Source: an uncultured Thermococci archaeon
GTDB lineage: Archaea > Methanobacteriota_B > Thermococci > Thermococcales > Thermococcaceae
Direction of reading: 5' to 3'
Assembly: GCA_964487115.1 (NCBI GenBank)
Contig: CAZAPD010000126.1
Coordinates: 1 to 33,326 of the forward strand
DNA: 33,326 bases
Positions 1 to 9,010 of the stretch are shown here, one piece after another. A program made the translations under genes and the position numbers. Each line of letters opens with the position of its first letter. Positions within the stretch are counted from its first letter, which is position 1. The notes beneath the pieces are model-generated. The model saw nothing but the letters and a program-made list of their open reading frames with translations, had not been told where the DNA came from and did not search any database.

Positions 1-1
1 G

Positions 2-154
2 GCCGACCGTGATGTGGTCGGCTCTTTTAATATCTCCGTTAGAGCCTTGAAGATGTGGGGAGTCTCCGTTCCCCCCGAAAGCCAGCCGATGAAACCACGA
101 GGCTGGAAGCCTGCCCGTTACGAAATTAACACTTTACCCACAATTAACGGGTAG
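2..154 (+). CDS. tnpB: TnpB (RNA-guided endonuclease, OrfB), partial C-terminus
   Basis: Not in the ORF track. Frame +2 reads ADRDVVGSFNISVRALKMWGVSVPPESQPMKPRGWKPARYEINTLPTING*, with stop TAG at 152-154. DRDxxxxxNI is the RuvC-III motif of TnpB. Confidence 0.85.
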   Translation, partial: ADRDVVGSFNISVRALKMWGVSVPPESQPMKPRGWKPARYEINTLPTING

Positions 155-163
155 GCAGAACGG
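50..163 (+). ncRNA. TnpB omega/reRNA scaffold, HgcC-like structured RNA (5' boundary approximate)
   Basis: Stems GGGGA(57-61)/TCCCC(70-74), CCAGCC(82-87)/GGCTGG(101-106) and GCCTGCCCGTTA(109-120)/TAACGGGTAGGC(145-156, one G-U). Long-range pairing TCCGTTC(65-71)/GAACGGA(158-164). Confidence 0.7.
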
Positions 164-272
164 ATATAATCTCTTCCATAAATGCAAGGTTCTTAGTGAG
201 CTCTGTAACAAGCTCTTCTGGGATGTCATTCTCTTTAGGTATTGCTCAGATGGACTTTCTTGAGCAAAATGT

Positions 273-677
273 TCAGCAACCGCAGATTTTTATCAGAACC
301 TTTCTGGTTCTTGGTCCATCGAGCTCAACAAATAAAATACGTTGCCAAGTGCCGAGGATTAGCTCTCCTTCGTCTACTGGGATAACGACTTCAGGATTTA
401 ATAATAAAGTCGCTCTGAGATGCGAATGGGCGTTATGGTCTATTCTGTCGTGATTGTATCCGGCTCCTTTGGGAACCAATTCTTTCATCTTGTCTTTTAT
501 ATCTTGAAGCAAGCCACTTTCGTTTTCATTTATAAAAAGGCCGGTAGTTGTGTGCTGGGTGATGACAATTGCAATACCCTCTTTAATGCCACTTTTCCAT
601 ATTAGATGTTGCACATCATCCGTTATATCAATTATTTCGAACTTCCGGGAAGTTCTAATATTAATCTCATAGAGCAT
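273..677 (-). CDS. yjbQ: YjbQ/UPF0047 family protein (secondary thiamine-phosphate synthase-like)
   Basis: Motifs HTTxGLxINENE, YxHD, NAHSH and LGTWQxIxFxELDGPR. RBS GAGGTGA upstream. Confidence 0.9.
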   Translation of the reverse strand: MLYEINIRTSRKFEIIDITDDVQHLIWKSGIKEGIAIVITQHTTTGLFINENESGLLQDIKDKMKELVPKGAGYNHDRIDHNAHSHLRATLLLNPEVVIPVDEGELILGTWQRILFVELDGPRTRKVLIKICGC

Positions 678-686
678 GATCTCACC

Positions 687-977
687 TCAATGAATAAGCT
701 TTAATATGTCCTCAAGCAGCTGTTTTTCGTCAATCCTATTCTTGTTAGATAGGTGTTTTAATATCACTGACTTTTCATACGCTTCTATCAGGTTTTTGTC
801 CCCCTCTTTAATGGCCAATTTTCTTAACTGTCTATGTACTTCGTCTATGGTATCCCTAAAAAGAATCTCATTGGTATAGAGTTTATCTTCCCTCAGCATG
901 TTTTCTATAAGAGTCTTTACATATTCAACCCCATTCTCTTCCTTTCTTTTTTGTAGCAACACTTTGAGCCACTTCAT
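687..977 (-). CDS. Hypothetical helical protein, 96 aa
   Basis: Start overlaps the upstream gene's stop (ATGA). Ends 9 nt before yjbQ. Typical K/E-rich composition. Confidence 0.75.
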   Translation of the reverse strand: MKWLKVLLQKRKEENGVEYVKTLIENMLREDKLYTNEILFRDTIDEVHRQLRKLAIKEGDKNLIEAYEKSVILKHLSNKNRIDEKQLLEDILKLIH

Positions 978-2239
978 GATGTCACCTTCTTTTCTTTGAT
1001 TTCGTTATCCAAGGCTTTTACGAGTATTTCAGATATTAAAATCGATGAAAATCTTGGATCTCTAACCTCCAATGCCGTGTCAATGGCATCTGCAATCCTA
1101 TTTTTCTTGAGGAGATCATTGGCGACATCTGCAAGAGCAATCGAACGAAGGTGTGTATCTGTGATATTCAATGCGATTGCCCGGGCCTTTTCTACATTTC
1201 CTCTGAGAATGTAATATCTCACGAGTTTTACCATTATTTCTTGGCTGTTTATTTCCTTCACAGCCTTGATAAGTTTATCATGACCTTTCTCTGGGTGTTC
1301 AATTAGATAATTCATTATTTCTTTCCCTACAATCTCTTTCTCCTCTTGGGATAAAACATTGAGAAAATCAGGAATTACACTCCAGTTTTTTTCTAACAGA
1401 TCAAAAGTAATGTCAATTAAGCTCTTTTCAAATTCTGAAACTTTCTTTATAAGTTTGATAGCGGAGTCTGTTGCACCACTGAGAGCTAATGCTCTGGCCA
1501 TTTCAACCAAGAATTCATCTCCAAATTTTTTTGATAATCTTTCAGCTATCTGGTATAAAACAGAAACATAATGACTGAGTTCGTTTTTGTCTTTAAGGAA
1601 GAAAATAATCTCCCTAAATCCTAATTTAGCCCAAGATTTCTTTTTTATATCATCAAGCAAATTTATGGCTTTTTCATAACTTCCTAAACGCAGATAAATT
1701 CTAACAAGCTCTATATATGCTTCTGATATATAAGGTTCTGAACTTATGCTCTCCAATGCGAGTTTGGTTTTTCTAAGGCGATATGCGATTTTTATGTTCT
1801 CCCTTCCCAGCATGGATGTGTTTTTCTTTATTATGTCGAGAAGTGCAGCATCTCTCAGCTGTGGGTTTTGGATTTCCATTGCAAAGACTATTGCAGCGCT
1901 TATATCCCCGGCGGTTGCTACATACTTAGAGGCAGATTGCATCAGTAAATCGCGATCTGCTGGATTTAAAATTTTTGAACCCTCTAAAACCTGCTGAAAA
2001 ACTTTATTGGATGATTTTGCCCCGATCTTTTTTAAGTAGTATCCAACAGTGAGAAGTGCCTTAAACATCATGGCGGGATCTGTTATCTTGTCTACATTCT
2101 CAAAGGCTTTTGTGAATGCAGTTTTAAAGTGTTCGTCCTTTACCGTAGCTAACTTTTCACCTATTTTAGCGTAGGTAACCACTCTTAAATAAGGGTCCTG
2201 AATAGCATCAACTGAGGAAATTATCTCTTCAATGAGCAT
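974..2239 (-). CDS. Hypothetical alpha-solenoid (TPR/HEAT-like repeat) protein, 421 aa
   Basis: Recurring 'I.DP.LR..AL..I' units (IQDPYLRV, IQNPQLRD, ITDTHLRS, VRDPRFSS). RBS GGGGA upstream. Confidence 0.75.
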   Translation of the reverse strand: MLIEEIISSVDAIQDPYLRVVTYAKIGEKLATVKDEHFKTAFTKAFENVDKITDPAMMFKALLTVGYYLKKIGAKSSNKVFQQVLEGSKILNPADRDLLMQSASKYVATAGDISAAIVFAMEIQNPQLRDAALLDIIKKNTSMLGRENIKIAYRLRKTKLALESISSEPYISEAYIELVRIYLRLGSYEKAINLLDDIKKKSWAKLGFREIIFFLKDKNELSHYVSVLYQIAERLSKKFGDEFLVEMARALALSGATDSAIKLIKKVSEFEKSLIDITFDLLEKNWSVIPDFLNVLSQEEKEIVGKEIMNYLIEHPEKGHDKLIKAVKEINSQEIMVKLVRYYILRGNVEKARAIALNITDTHLRSIALADVANDLLKKNRIADAIDTALEVRDPRFSSILISEILVKALDNEIKEKKVTS

Positions 2240-2293
2240 TTTAATCCCCTGTTTTTAGGTAGTATTGTTATTTTACCTATAACTTTAACGCTC

Positions 2294-2308
2294 CAAACCT
2301 TTTTAAGA
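2294..2308 (+). promoter_or_regulatory. BRE/TATA promoter of the methyltransferase gene, probably a leaderless transcript
   Basis: CAAACC-TTTTTAAG about 22 nt before ATG 2329. No RBS is visible. Confidence 0.5.
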
Positions 2309-2328
2309 ATAGCCGAAATCCCCCAATT

Positions 2329-3417
2329 ATGTATGCTGTAATCCTTGGGAAGAATCCAAAGTTAAGTGAGGCTGAGTTTTATGCATTTATTAGACGTTTT
2401 AACCTTAAAGTTAGGGTGATTGAAACATACAATAACTGGTTGTTATTTGAAGGCAACAAAAAGATTGAACATCTTTTTAGAAAGCTTGGGGGTTCATTGA
2501 AGCTGGTTAGAATTTTAGGTGAAGGAGAAAACACAATCATGGATCTGGAGTTCTCTCGGTTATTCACGGTTAGTATCTATGGAAAGAATAACTGGAAGCT
2601 ATGGAGAAAGCTTGGGAGTGAGATAAAGAGGACTTTCAGGTCTGTGGGGTCAACAAAGTTCTTCAAGCCTGCTAAAACCTATGCAATGCCCTCTGAGCTG
2701 ATTCTCAAAGGTTTCCCTGAGACAAAAGATTTTGTATTTCTCTTCGGCGAGAGATTGTGGGTTGGAGAAACCATAAGGATTACTGACCCATTTGAGCTGA
2801 AAAAACTCGATGTTGGGAGACCAGTTCAGAGGCCAATACTCTCGATACCGCCGAGGCTTGCAAGGATAATGGTAAATCTGACAGAAATCCCTGCAGGGAA
2901 TTTTCTCGATCCCTTCTGTGGTATTGGCACCATTGTTCAGGAGTTCGTGCTTCAGGGCTTAAATGCTTATGGTAGTGACTCAAACCCTGAGGCAATCTAT
3001 GGTGCAAAGGAGAACCTCAAATGGCTGAAGAAGGAGTTCAGGGTCAAGAAAAGCGCCCATTTTGAGGTCTGTGATGCAAGGAGGCTGAAAAGGTGCTTCA
3101 GGATAAGGTTTGATGGCATAGTTACGGAACCCTATCTTGGAGAACCTCTTAAACACAATCTAACTCGGGGTGAAGCAATCCAAATAGCAAACAAACTTGA
3201 TAAATTCTATTTTTCTGTTTTTGAGTCCTTCTCAGATATTCTCAAAAGAAATGGCAGGATTGTTTTTGTTTTTCCCGCATACAAGCTTAGAGGTGGGGGA
3301 ATTTATAGGAAAGAACGGAGATGGCTTGGAAAACTCGGCTTCGAGATTCTCGGGAGATACACTGATTTTGGAGAGAGACATAGGCTCGTCAGGGATATAC
3401 ATGTGCTCGGATATTGA
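2329..3417 (+). CDS. Trm11-like (COG1041) SAM-dependent RNA amino-methyltransferase
   Basis: SIPPRLARIMVNL pre-motif, motif I LDPFCGIGT and a motif IV variant IVTEPY. Confidence 0.85.
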   Translation: MYAVILGKNPKLSEAEFYAFIRRFNLKVRVIETYNNWLLFEGNKKIEHLFRKLGGSLKLVRILGEGENTIMDLEFSRLFTVSIYGKNNWKLWRKLGSEIKRTFRSVGSTKFFKPAKTYAMPSELILKGFPETKDFVFLFGERLWVGETIRITDPFELKKLDVGRPVQRPILSIPPRLARIMVNLTEIPAGNFLDPFCGIGTIVQEFVLQGLNAYGSDSNPEAIYGAKENLKWLKKEFRVKKSAHFEVCDARRLKRCFRIRFDGIVTEPYLGEPLKHNLTRGEAIQIANKLDKFYFSVFESFSDILKRNGRIVFVFPAYKLRGGGIYRKERRWLGKLGFEILGRYTDFGERHRLVRDIHVLGY

Positions 3418-3418
3418 G

Positions 3419-3847
3419 CTAACCAATGAGTCTTTCGTGCTCCTGCTTCATGCATCTATGGGCCACCGCAGTTAATCCCGCCTTTTTTGCCTTTCTAAAA
3501 GCTTCACGGTTGTAGGTGTTGAACTGGAACCATACAATCTTAGCGCCTTTTTGAATTGCCTGCTCAACATAGTCCATTGTGAGCTCTGGCCTGACAAAGA
3601 GGTCGACTATGTCAATATCTTCTGGAATGTCAATGACGCTCGGATAGCATTTTCTCCCGAGCACCTCCTCGTACCTTGGATTCACAGGGATAACATCGTA
3701 ACCTTTCTTAAGCAGATACCTCATGACGTCATTTGAAGCCCTCTCTGGTTTGGGAGATGCTCCAACAAGGGCTATGCGTTTGCTTTTTACAAGGATTTCC
3801 CGTATGTCCTCATCCGTGAGCCTGTCTACCGGCATTATCCTAACCAT
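3419..3847 (-). CDS. CoA-binding protein (YccU/CoA_binding_2)
   Basis: Motifs IALVGASPKPERAS, VIPVNP, IDIVDLF, VWFQ and RCM. Start set at ATG 3847; the ORF track extends to 3874. Confidence 0.9.
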   Translation of the reverse strand: MVRIMPVDRLTDEDIREILVKSKRIALVGASPKPERASNDVMRYLLKKGYDVIPVNPRYEEVLGRKCYPSVIDIPEDIDIVDLFVRPELTMDYVEQAIQKGAKIVWFQFNTYNREAFRKAKKAGLTAVAHRCMKQEHERLIG

Positions 3848-3916
3848 TTTACCACCGTTGGAGTTCTCTCCCAAAAGAATATAAGCTTGTCTGTTGAAAA
3901 TCAGTCTGGTGGTTAG

Positions 3917-4354
3917 ATGCCTCTCTATGAAGAAAGGGTTATGAGTAAAATTTTTCTGCTGATTGTACTCATCCCGATAGTAACAATGGCTTGGGGAACT
4001 TGGGAGACATATCTGGCGGGGAAGAGTTTTGGGATTATGCTGGCCTCTTGGATTTTCTTAACACTCCTTCTGCTGGATATTACGATGCTTAAAATAGAAA
4101 TAGATGATTATGAGTTAAGAGTAAGAGGGGCTGTGGGGCTTGTTGTGAGAAAAACAGTTAGAATCGATGAAATCCTGAGCTTTAAGGTCAGCAATCACTG
4201 GATGAAATGTTACGGAACAATACATTTTACCTTCCCCGCTAATGGATGTGTCCTTATAAATCGCCGTAGCGGATGGAGTGTTTCATTTTCAACAAATAAT
4301 CCAGAAGACGTGGCTCGTATCCTTTCTACTCTTGGCGTTCCACGAGAAGCTTAG
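3917..4354 (+). CDS. Small membrane protein with two TM helices and a probable bacterial PH-like domain
   Basis: Two hydrophobic segments, then a beta-rich domain ending in FSTNNPE. Confidence 0.7.
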   Translation: MPLYEERVMSKIFLLIVLIPIVTMAWGTWETYLAGKSFGIMLASWIFLTLLLLDITMLKIEIDDYELRVRGAVGLVVRKTVRIDEILSFKVSNHWMKCYGTIHFTFPANGCVLINRRSGWSVSFSTNNPEDVARILSTLGVPREA

Positions 4355-4712
4355 TGCCTCTTGTTTTTACGACCCTTACCTTTTCCCCCGGCTTTGCGGA
4401 TCCATTGATACATTGGGCACTCCAGAATTCGTTTCCGATTTTTACCGTTCCTTCGGGATTTAGCTCGACAACCACCACAGCTTCTCTTTCGATGAGGGTT
4501 TCAGGACCGACTCGGGTTCTTCTTTCGAAGTCCTTCCATATGCGAGGAGCTGCAACTATGTCCTTACCCACAAGAACTGCAAGAAGTATTATCACGGCCT
4601 TTACAGAGACATGCAGTCCCATAGCTGGCAGAATTATAAGAAGTAGCAATCCCACAATGATCTCATCTGCTAACAGAAGTAGTATTCTCAAAGCCTTGTT
4701 TCGCTTCTTCAT
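4326..4712 (-). CDS. NfeD family protein (TM segments plus OB-fold)
   Basis: C-terminal GPETLI..EAVV..L.PEG.V...E.W.A...G..V.V....G.KL.V. Start set at ATG 4712. Confidence 0.85.
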   Translation of the reverse strand: MKKRNKALRILLLLADEIIVGLLLLIILPAMGLHVSVKAVIILLAVLVGKDIVAAPRIWKDFERRTRVGPETLIEREAVVVVELNPEGTVKIGNEFWSAQCINGSAKPGEKVRVVKTRGTKLLVERQE

Positions 4713-4765
4713 AATTGAACCTAATCGCAAAGGAATATAAACTTCATCCTCAAGTTGGAAATGTC

Positions 4766-5560
4766 ATGAAGATTATAAGACGCAAGGTGAAAAATCTCTA
4801 CACTAAAAGCAGGATTCCAGGGGTAGATTATTCAGTCAATCAGTATGTTGGTTGTCAGTTTGGTTGCAGATACTGTTACGCCCGCTTTTTAGTACGCTGG
4901 AAGGATTATGGTCCTTGGGGTAGCTGGGTTGAAGTAAAGGAGAATGCCCCTGAACTTGCAAGGAGGCACGTTACTGGTAATATCGTTATGTCTACTGTCA
5001 GCGATCCATATCAGCCCATTGAAGCGGAGCTAAAACTTACACGGAGAGTCCTCAGTTCCATGGACAGAAGGAATGAACTCTCAATCCTCACTAAGTCCCC
5101 CTTGATACTTAGGGATACTGATATTCTTGGGCAATTCCGGAGTATGGAAGTTGGTCTAACTATAAACACCTTCAGCAGCAGGGAGAAGAGGCTATTTGAA
5201 CCGCGGACACCCCTTCAAAGGGCAAGGATAAATGCCCTAAAGGAGTTACACGAGGCAGGATTGAAGACTTATGTCTTCGTTAGTCCTATAATTCCCAACA
5301 TCACAGATGTAACTGTGGTGATAGAAGAAACCAGAGATTTTGCTGACAGCTATTTCTTTGAGGTTCTGAATCTAAAGGCTTCTGGAATAGAGTTCCAGCA
5401 GATTTTAAAGGAGAACTACCCAGAGAGTTATGACATCATGACCAGCTATGAAAAGTTTAACAGTTTTATTGAAAAACTAAAAAAGGAGATAAAAGCAATA
5501 GATGTTAAAACAGAGGGAATAGAAATACACCAAAAGGGATGGAGGGTTATCCCCCTCTGA
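4766..5560 (+). CDS. Radical SAM protein, spore-photoproduct-lyase-like (COG1533)
   Basis: YVGCQFGCRYCYA (CxxxCxxC), SDPYQPIE, ILTKS and FEP. Start set at ATG 4766. Confidence 0.88.
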   Translation: MKIIRRKVKNLYTKSRIPGVDYSVNQYVGCQFGCRYCYARFLVRWKDYGPWGSWVEVKENAPELARRHVTGNIVMSTVSDPYQPIEAELKLTRRVLSSMDRRNELSILTKSPLILRDTDILGQFRSMEVGLTINTFSSREKRLFEPRTPLQRARINALKELHEAGLKTYVFVSPIIPNITDVTVVIEETRDFADSYFFEVLNLKASGIEFQQILKENYPESYDIMTSYEKFNSFIEKLKKEIKAIDVKTEGIEIHQKGWRVIPL

Positions 5561-6854
5561 CTATGGATATAACCATTGAATTAACGTTCGTGCCTGTGGG
5601 ACCAGTCTTGAGTAGAGCTCCTACTTCTTCCAGAGCATGATATGCGTCATGGTTCCTGAGGACTTCATCAACATCAATACCGAGATTTTCAAGTTTTTTC
5701 AGTGTTGTGGAATCAACCACACCCCCTGCAGCATCGGTTGGACCGTCCGTGCCGTCCGTGTCAAAAGCTATGACAACAGTTCCCTTTAGACCCGAAATCT
5801 TTTTTGCCACTGAGAGAGCGAGCTCCTGACTTGGTCCCCCAAGACCTTTTGCGTCTCCAACGCTAACTGTAGTCTCCCCACCCATAATCAGAATCGTTGG
5901 TTTCTTGAATGGCCGGTTTTTACAGTATATCTCATGGATTACAGATCCAAGGAATGTCCCAACATCCTTTGCTTCTCCTTCCATTACGGTTGTCAGTATA
6001 TGTGCTCTAAATCCGAGTTCTTCTGCCTTTTTCTTTACGGCTATACACGATTTCTCAACGCTACCGATTATGAAGTTGTGAACATTCGGAGGATCACTCT
6101 TGAGGGTCTCATCCCTTTTTCCTTCCAGACCGAGTTTGATGTGCTGTCTGACGCTATCTGGAAGTTTATCCCACAATCCATAGCGGATGAGTATCTCATG
6201 GGCATCTCTGAATGTTGTTGGATCCTTCACTGTTGGTCCTGATGCTATAGCCTCAAGATTATCCCCTACGACATCTGAGATGATCAAACTTATCAAAGTT
6301 CCCTTCACATGTTTGGCCAGCTTTCCTCCCTTTACTTTTGAAATATGCTTTCTTACGGTGTTTATTTCATGTATTTTAGCTCCACTCCTTAGAAGGAGGT
6401 CATTGGTTTTAATCAGCTCTTCAAGGGTTATATCGTCCTCAGGTAGCTCAAAGATTGCTGAGCCTCCACCTGATATCAGAACAAGTAGAATATCATCTTT
6501 TCCTACTTTTTCGGCAAGTTCAAGGCCGAGTTTTCCTGCTTGGATGGAGTTTTCATCCGGTAGGGGATGCCCAGCTTCGATTATTTTAATTCCCTGCGGA
6601 CAGTTGGATGTATAGCCATATTTCGTGGCTACAACAGTTTCAGCCATTCTTCTCCCAAGGGCATCAAAGGCAGCTCTGCTCATGCCACATGCAGCTTTCC
6701 CAAAGGCAAGGAGATAAATGCTACCCCTCACTGGAAATCTCCTGCCTAAAATGTTAATCTCATCACCTTCAATCTTCAGAGAGTTTTTAACGGCTTTGTA
6801 TGGATCGGCAGCTTCAATAGCAGTTTTCATGAGCTCAAGGGCCAGTTCCTTCAT
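5547..6854 (-). CDS. gck: Glycerate 2-kinase (class II, MOFRL family)
   Basis: Motifs FGKAA, EAGHPLPD, LISGGGSA, SDVVGD.LEAIASGP, GGETTV, TDGTDGPTDAAG and TGPTGTNVN. Confidence 0.93.
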   Translation of the reverse strand: MKELALELMKTAIEAADPYKAVKNSLKIEGDEINILGRRFPVRGSIYLLAFGKAACGMSRAAFDALGRRMAETVVATKYGYTSNCPQGIKIIEAGHPLPDENSIQAGKLGLELAEKVGKDDILLVLISGGGSAIFELPEDDITLEELIKTNDLLLRSGAKIHEINTVRKHISKVKGGKLAKHVKGTLISLIISDVVGDNLEAIASGPTVKDPTTFRDAHEILIRYGLWDKLPDSVRQHIKLGLEGKRDETLKSDPPNVHNFIIGSVEKSCIAVKKKAEELGFRAHILTTVMEGEAKDVGTFLGSVIHEIYCKNRPFKKPTILIMGGETTVSVGDAKGLGGPSQELALSVAKKISGLKGTVVIAFDTDGTDGPTDAAGGVVDSTTLKKLENLGIDVDEVLRNHDAYHALEEVGALLKTGPTGTNVNSMVISIVRGG

Positions 6855-6860
6855 TAGGAC

Positions 6861-7877
6861 TCACCTACCTTTTAGTATTATCTTATCTGCCTCAATATCT
6901 TCAAGCGAAGAATTCCATCCTCCAACGATGTATCTCTCACCATCAGGCGTCTCAATGGTGATATTTGATATAACTTTACCTTCACTTTCAAAAAAGCCCG
7001 CAATTCTCCCAACAACATGTGCGGGCTTTTTTGTTCGTATAAACTTTCCAAAAATCTCGACTTCGCATCCTACAAGATTGAAGTTCTTTATATCCTCGAC
7101 CAGCTCCCTAATGCGGAGGTATTCCTTCGGGAATTTCAACTTCCTCTCTTCTTGGTAGATTGTTTTTCCTGTAGGCCATAGAACATGATAGAAATAGCGG
7201 TCAAGCATGAAGAGCAGATTGGGGTCTTGAATTATCAGAGCATAACCATGAAGTGATGAACCACTGGTCATCAAGGCATCATAGGGTGCATATACACCTA
7301 ATTCTCTATCTTGGATTACTATGAGTGGATCTCCGACTTCTCTTATCTTAACAATCCTTCCAACTTTCGGAACATCTTCATTGCCATATGCAAATATATG
7401 GACTTCGGTCTGCTTTTTTTCCTTTAGCTCTGCTTTGAATTTTCTAATAAGGGAGATCGGAGCAGCAATGGATATGTTCAACTGAGCATTGTTTATGGCT
7501 TTTCTGATGTAATCTTCTAAGGTTATCTTGCTTTTAACAACTAAGACCGTGTTTGTCTCTTCAATGGGGGTGTAGAGTTTTTCAAGCTCATCCTTAACAA
7601 GGGAAATCTTCTTCTCATACCTTTCTTTCATTGCATTTAGGACTCTGGCGGGTTCTACAGGAATTACTTTTTTTGGTCTGCTGCCACTGGTTGTTACAAA
7701 ACCTTTACTCATCAGGGTCCGGATGACATCATATATTCTTGGCTGGGGAACTTTCGAGAGGGTTGCAAGTTCCCCAGCCGTGAGAGCCCCCATCTTTATC
7801 AGGGTCAAGTATGCTCTAACTTCATACTCATTCAAACCCAGTTCCTTCATCAGGGCTCTCAGTTCCTTCTCTTGCAT
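6861..7877 (-). CDS. TrmB-family sugar-sensing transcriptional regulator (paralogue)
   Basis: N-terminal LGLNEYE..AYL.L...G..TA.E....S.VP.PRIYD and C-terminal effector domain ending in VGGWNSSLED. Confidence 0.92.
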   Translation of the reverse strand: MQEKELRALMKELGLNEYEVRAYLTLIKMGALTAGELATLSKVPQPRIYDVIRTLMSKGFVTTSGSRPKKVIPVEPARVLNAMKERYEKKISLVKDELEKLYTPIEETNTVLVVKSKITLEDYIRKAINNAQLNISIAAPISLIRKFKAELKEKKQTEVHIFAYGNEDVPKVGRIVKIREVGDPLIVIQDRELGVYAPYDALMTSGSSLHGYALIIQDPNLLFMLDRYFYHVLWPTGKTIYQEERKLKFPKEYLRIRELVEDIKNFNLVGCEVEIFGKFIRTKKPAHVVGRIAGFFESEGKVISNITIETPDGERYIVGGWNSSLEDIEADKIILKGR

Positions 7878-7886
7878 CCCAGACCC

Positions 7887-8999
7887 TCAGATTATGGCCT
7901 TTTCAGTACTTTTATCAAAGATATGGATGTTATCGAGGTCAATTACTATTCTAACCTTCTCTCCAATTGGAAGAGGAATATGGCCAGGCAGTTTGATCTT
8001 TATAAGTCTGTCCCCTATCAGTGCGTGAACTATTGTGTCAGTCCCAAGGGCTTCGATGAAGTCTACGACTCCCTCTATTCTTGCCGCTCTTGTAACATGC
8101 TCTAAAGTTGAAACACCTTCGATTGTCATGTGTTCTGGTCTTATTCCGAATATGACTGTCTTACCGATATATTTTCTCAGTAACTCCCCTAAATCTGCCG
8201 GGAGAGCGAGGTTGAATCCTTCTCCCTCAAGAACAATTCCTCCCTGCGTTTCCTTAACACTAACTTCCATGAGGTTCATTTCTGGAGCTCCGATGAATGT
8301 AGCTACGAACATCGATTTTGGTTTCAGATATACTTCGGTTGGTGGGCCTACTTGGAGTAAATGACCTTTGTTCATTACCACTATTCTATCACCCATTGTC
8401 ATAGCTTCAACCTGATCGTGGGTAACATAAACTGTTGTAACCTTAAGTTTTGTCTGAAGTTTCTTTATCTCTGCTCTCATAGTTACCCTGAGCTTGGCAT
8501 CGAGATTGCTTAGAGGTTCATCCATGAGCAGTACCTCAGGCTCCACGACGATTGCTCTTGCCACGGCCACACGTTGCCGCTGACCACCGCTGAGTTGAGC
8601 AGGGTATCTGTTGAGAAGCTCCCTGATCTGAAGGAGTTCAGCGGCCCATTTAACTCTCTCGTTAATCTCGTTTTTTGGATATTTCTTTATCTTCAAAGGA
8701 AATGCTATGTTATCATAGACCTTCATATGGGGCCAGACAGCATAGCTCTGGAAAACCATTGAGATGTTTCTGTCTTTTGGGGGGAGGTATGTTACTTCTT
8801 TATCCCCAAACCAGATTTTTCCTCCAGTAGGTTCCTCTAATCCAGCTATCATTCTCAGTGTTGTCGTCTTTCCGCAGCCGGACGGGCCAAGAAGCACTAA
8901 GAATTCCCCATCTCTTATTGTCAAGTTAAGCCCGTCAACAGCTTTAACCCTTCCATTGTCGAAATATTTCTTTAGATTTTCAAGCTTAACCTCGACCAT
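7887..8999 (-). CDS. Sugar ABC transporter ATPase (MalK-like, with TOBE domain)
   Basis: Walker A GPSGCGKT, LSGGQRQR, LLMDEPLSNLD, VTHDQ and GIRPEH. Confidence 0.96.
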   Translation of the reverse strand: MVEVKLENLKKYFDNGRVKAVDGLNLTIRDGEFLVLLGPSGCGKTTTLRMIAGLEEPTGGKIWFGDKEVTYLPPKDRNISMVFQSYAVWPHMKVYDNIAFPLKIKKYPKNEINERVKWAAELLQIRELLNRYPAQLSGGQRQRVAVARAIVVEPEVLLMDEPLSNLDAKLRVTMRAEIKKLQTKLKVTTVYVTHDQVEAMTMGDRIVVMNKGHLLQVGPPTEVYLKPKSMFVATFIGAPEMNLMEVSVKETQGGIVLEGEGFNLALPADLGELLRKYIGKTVIFGIRPEHMTIEGVSTLEHVTRAARIEGVVDFIEALGTDTIVHALIGDRLIKIKLPGHIPLPIGEKVRIVIDLDNIHIFDKSTEKAII

Positions 9000-9010
9000 T
9001 TGTTAACACC

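Larger units (their letters stand above)
1..163 (+). mobile_element. Right end of a TnpB-encoding insertion sequence (IS607 or IS200/IS605 family), truncated by the window start
   Basis: TnpB C-terminal coding sequence overlapped by GC-rich hairpins and ending in GAACGG at 158-163. After this the sequence becomes AT-rich. A terminal GG is typical of IS607 ends. Confidence 0.75.

Noticed and set aside
242..267. TTGCTCA...TGAGCAA inverted repeat as an IS end
   Set aside because: It lies about 80 nt beyond the scaffold-defined end. TnpB elements lack terminal inverted repeats, and it may simply be a 3' hairpin of yjbQ.
196..453. 85-aa plus-strand ORF, and the other short antisense or nested ORFs in the track
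   Set aside because: They overlap well-supported genes on the opposite strand or in another frame. They have the S/F/I-rich composition typical of shadow ORFs and no motifs.
4766..5560. Radical SAM gene as part of the glycerate module or of a RiPP cluster
   Set aside because: It is convergent with gck, has no SPASM domain or precursor peptide, and lacks the shared operator motif.
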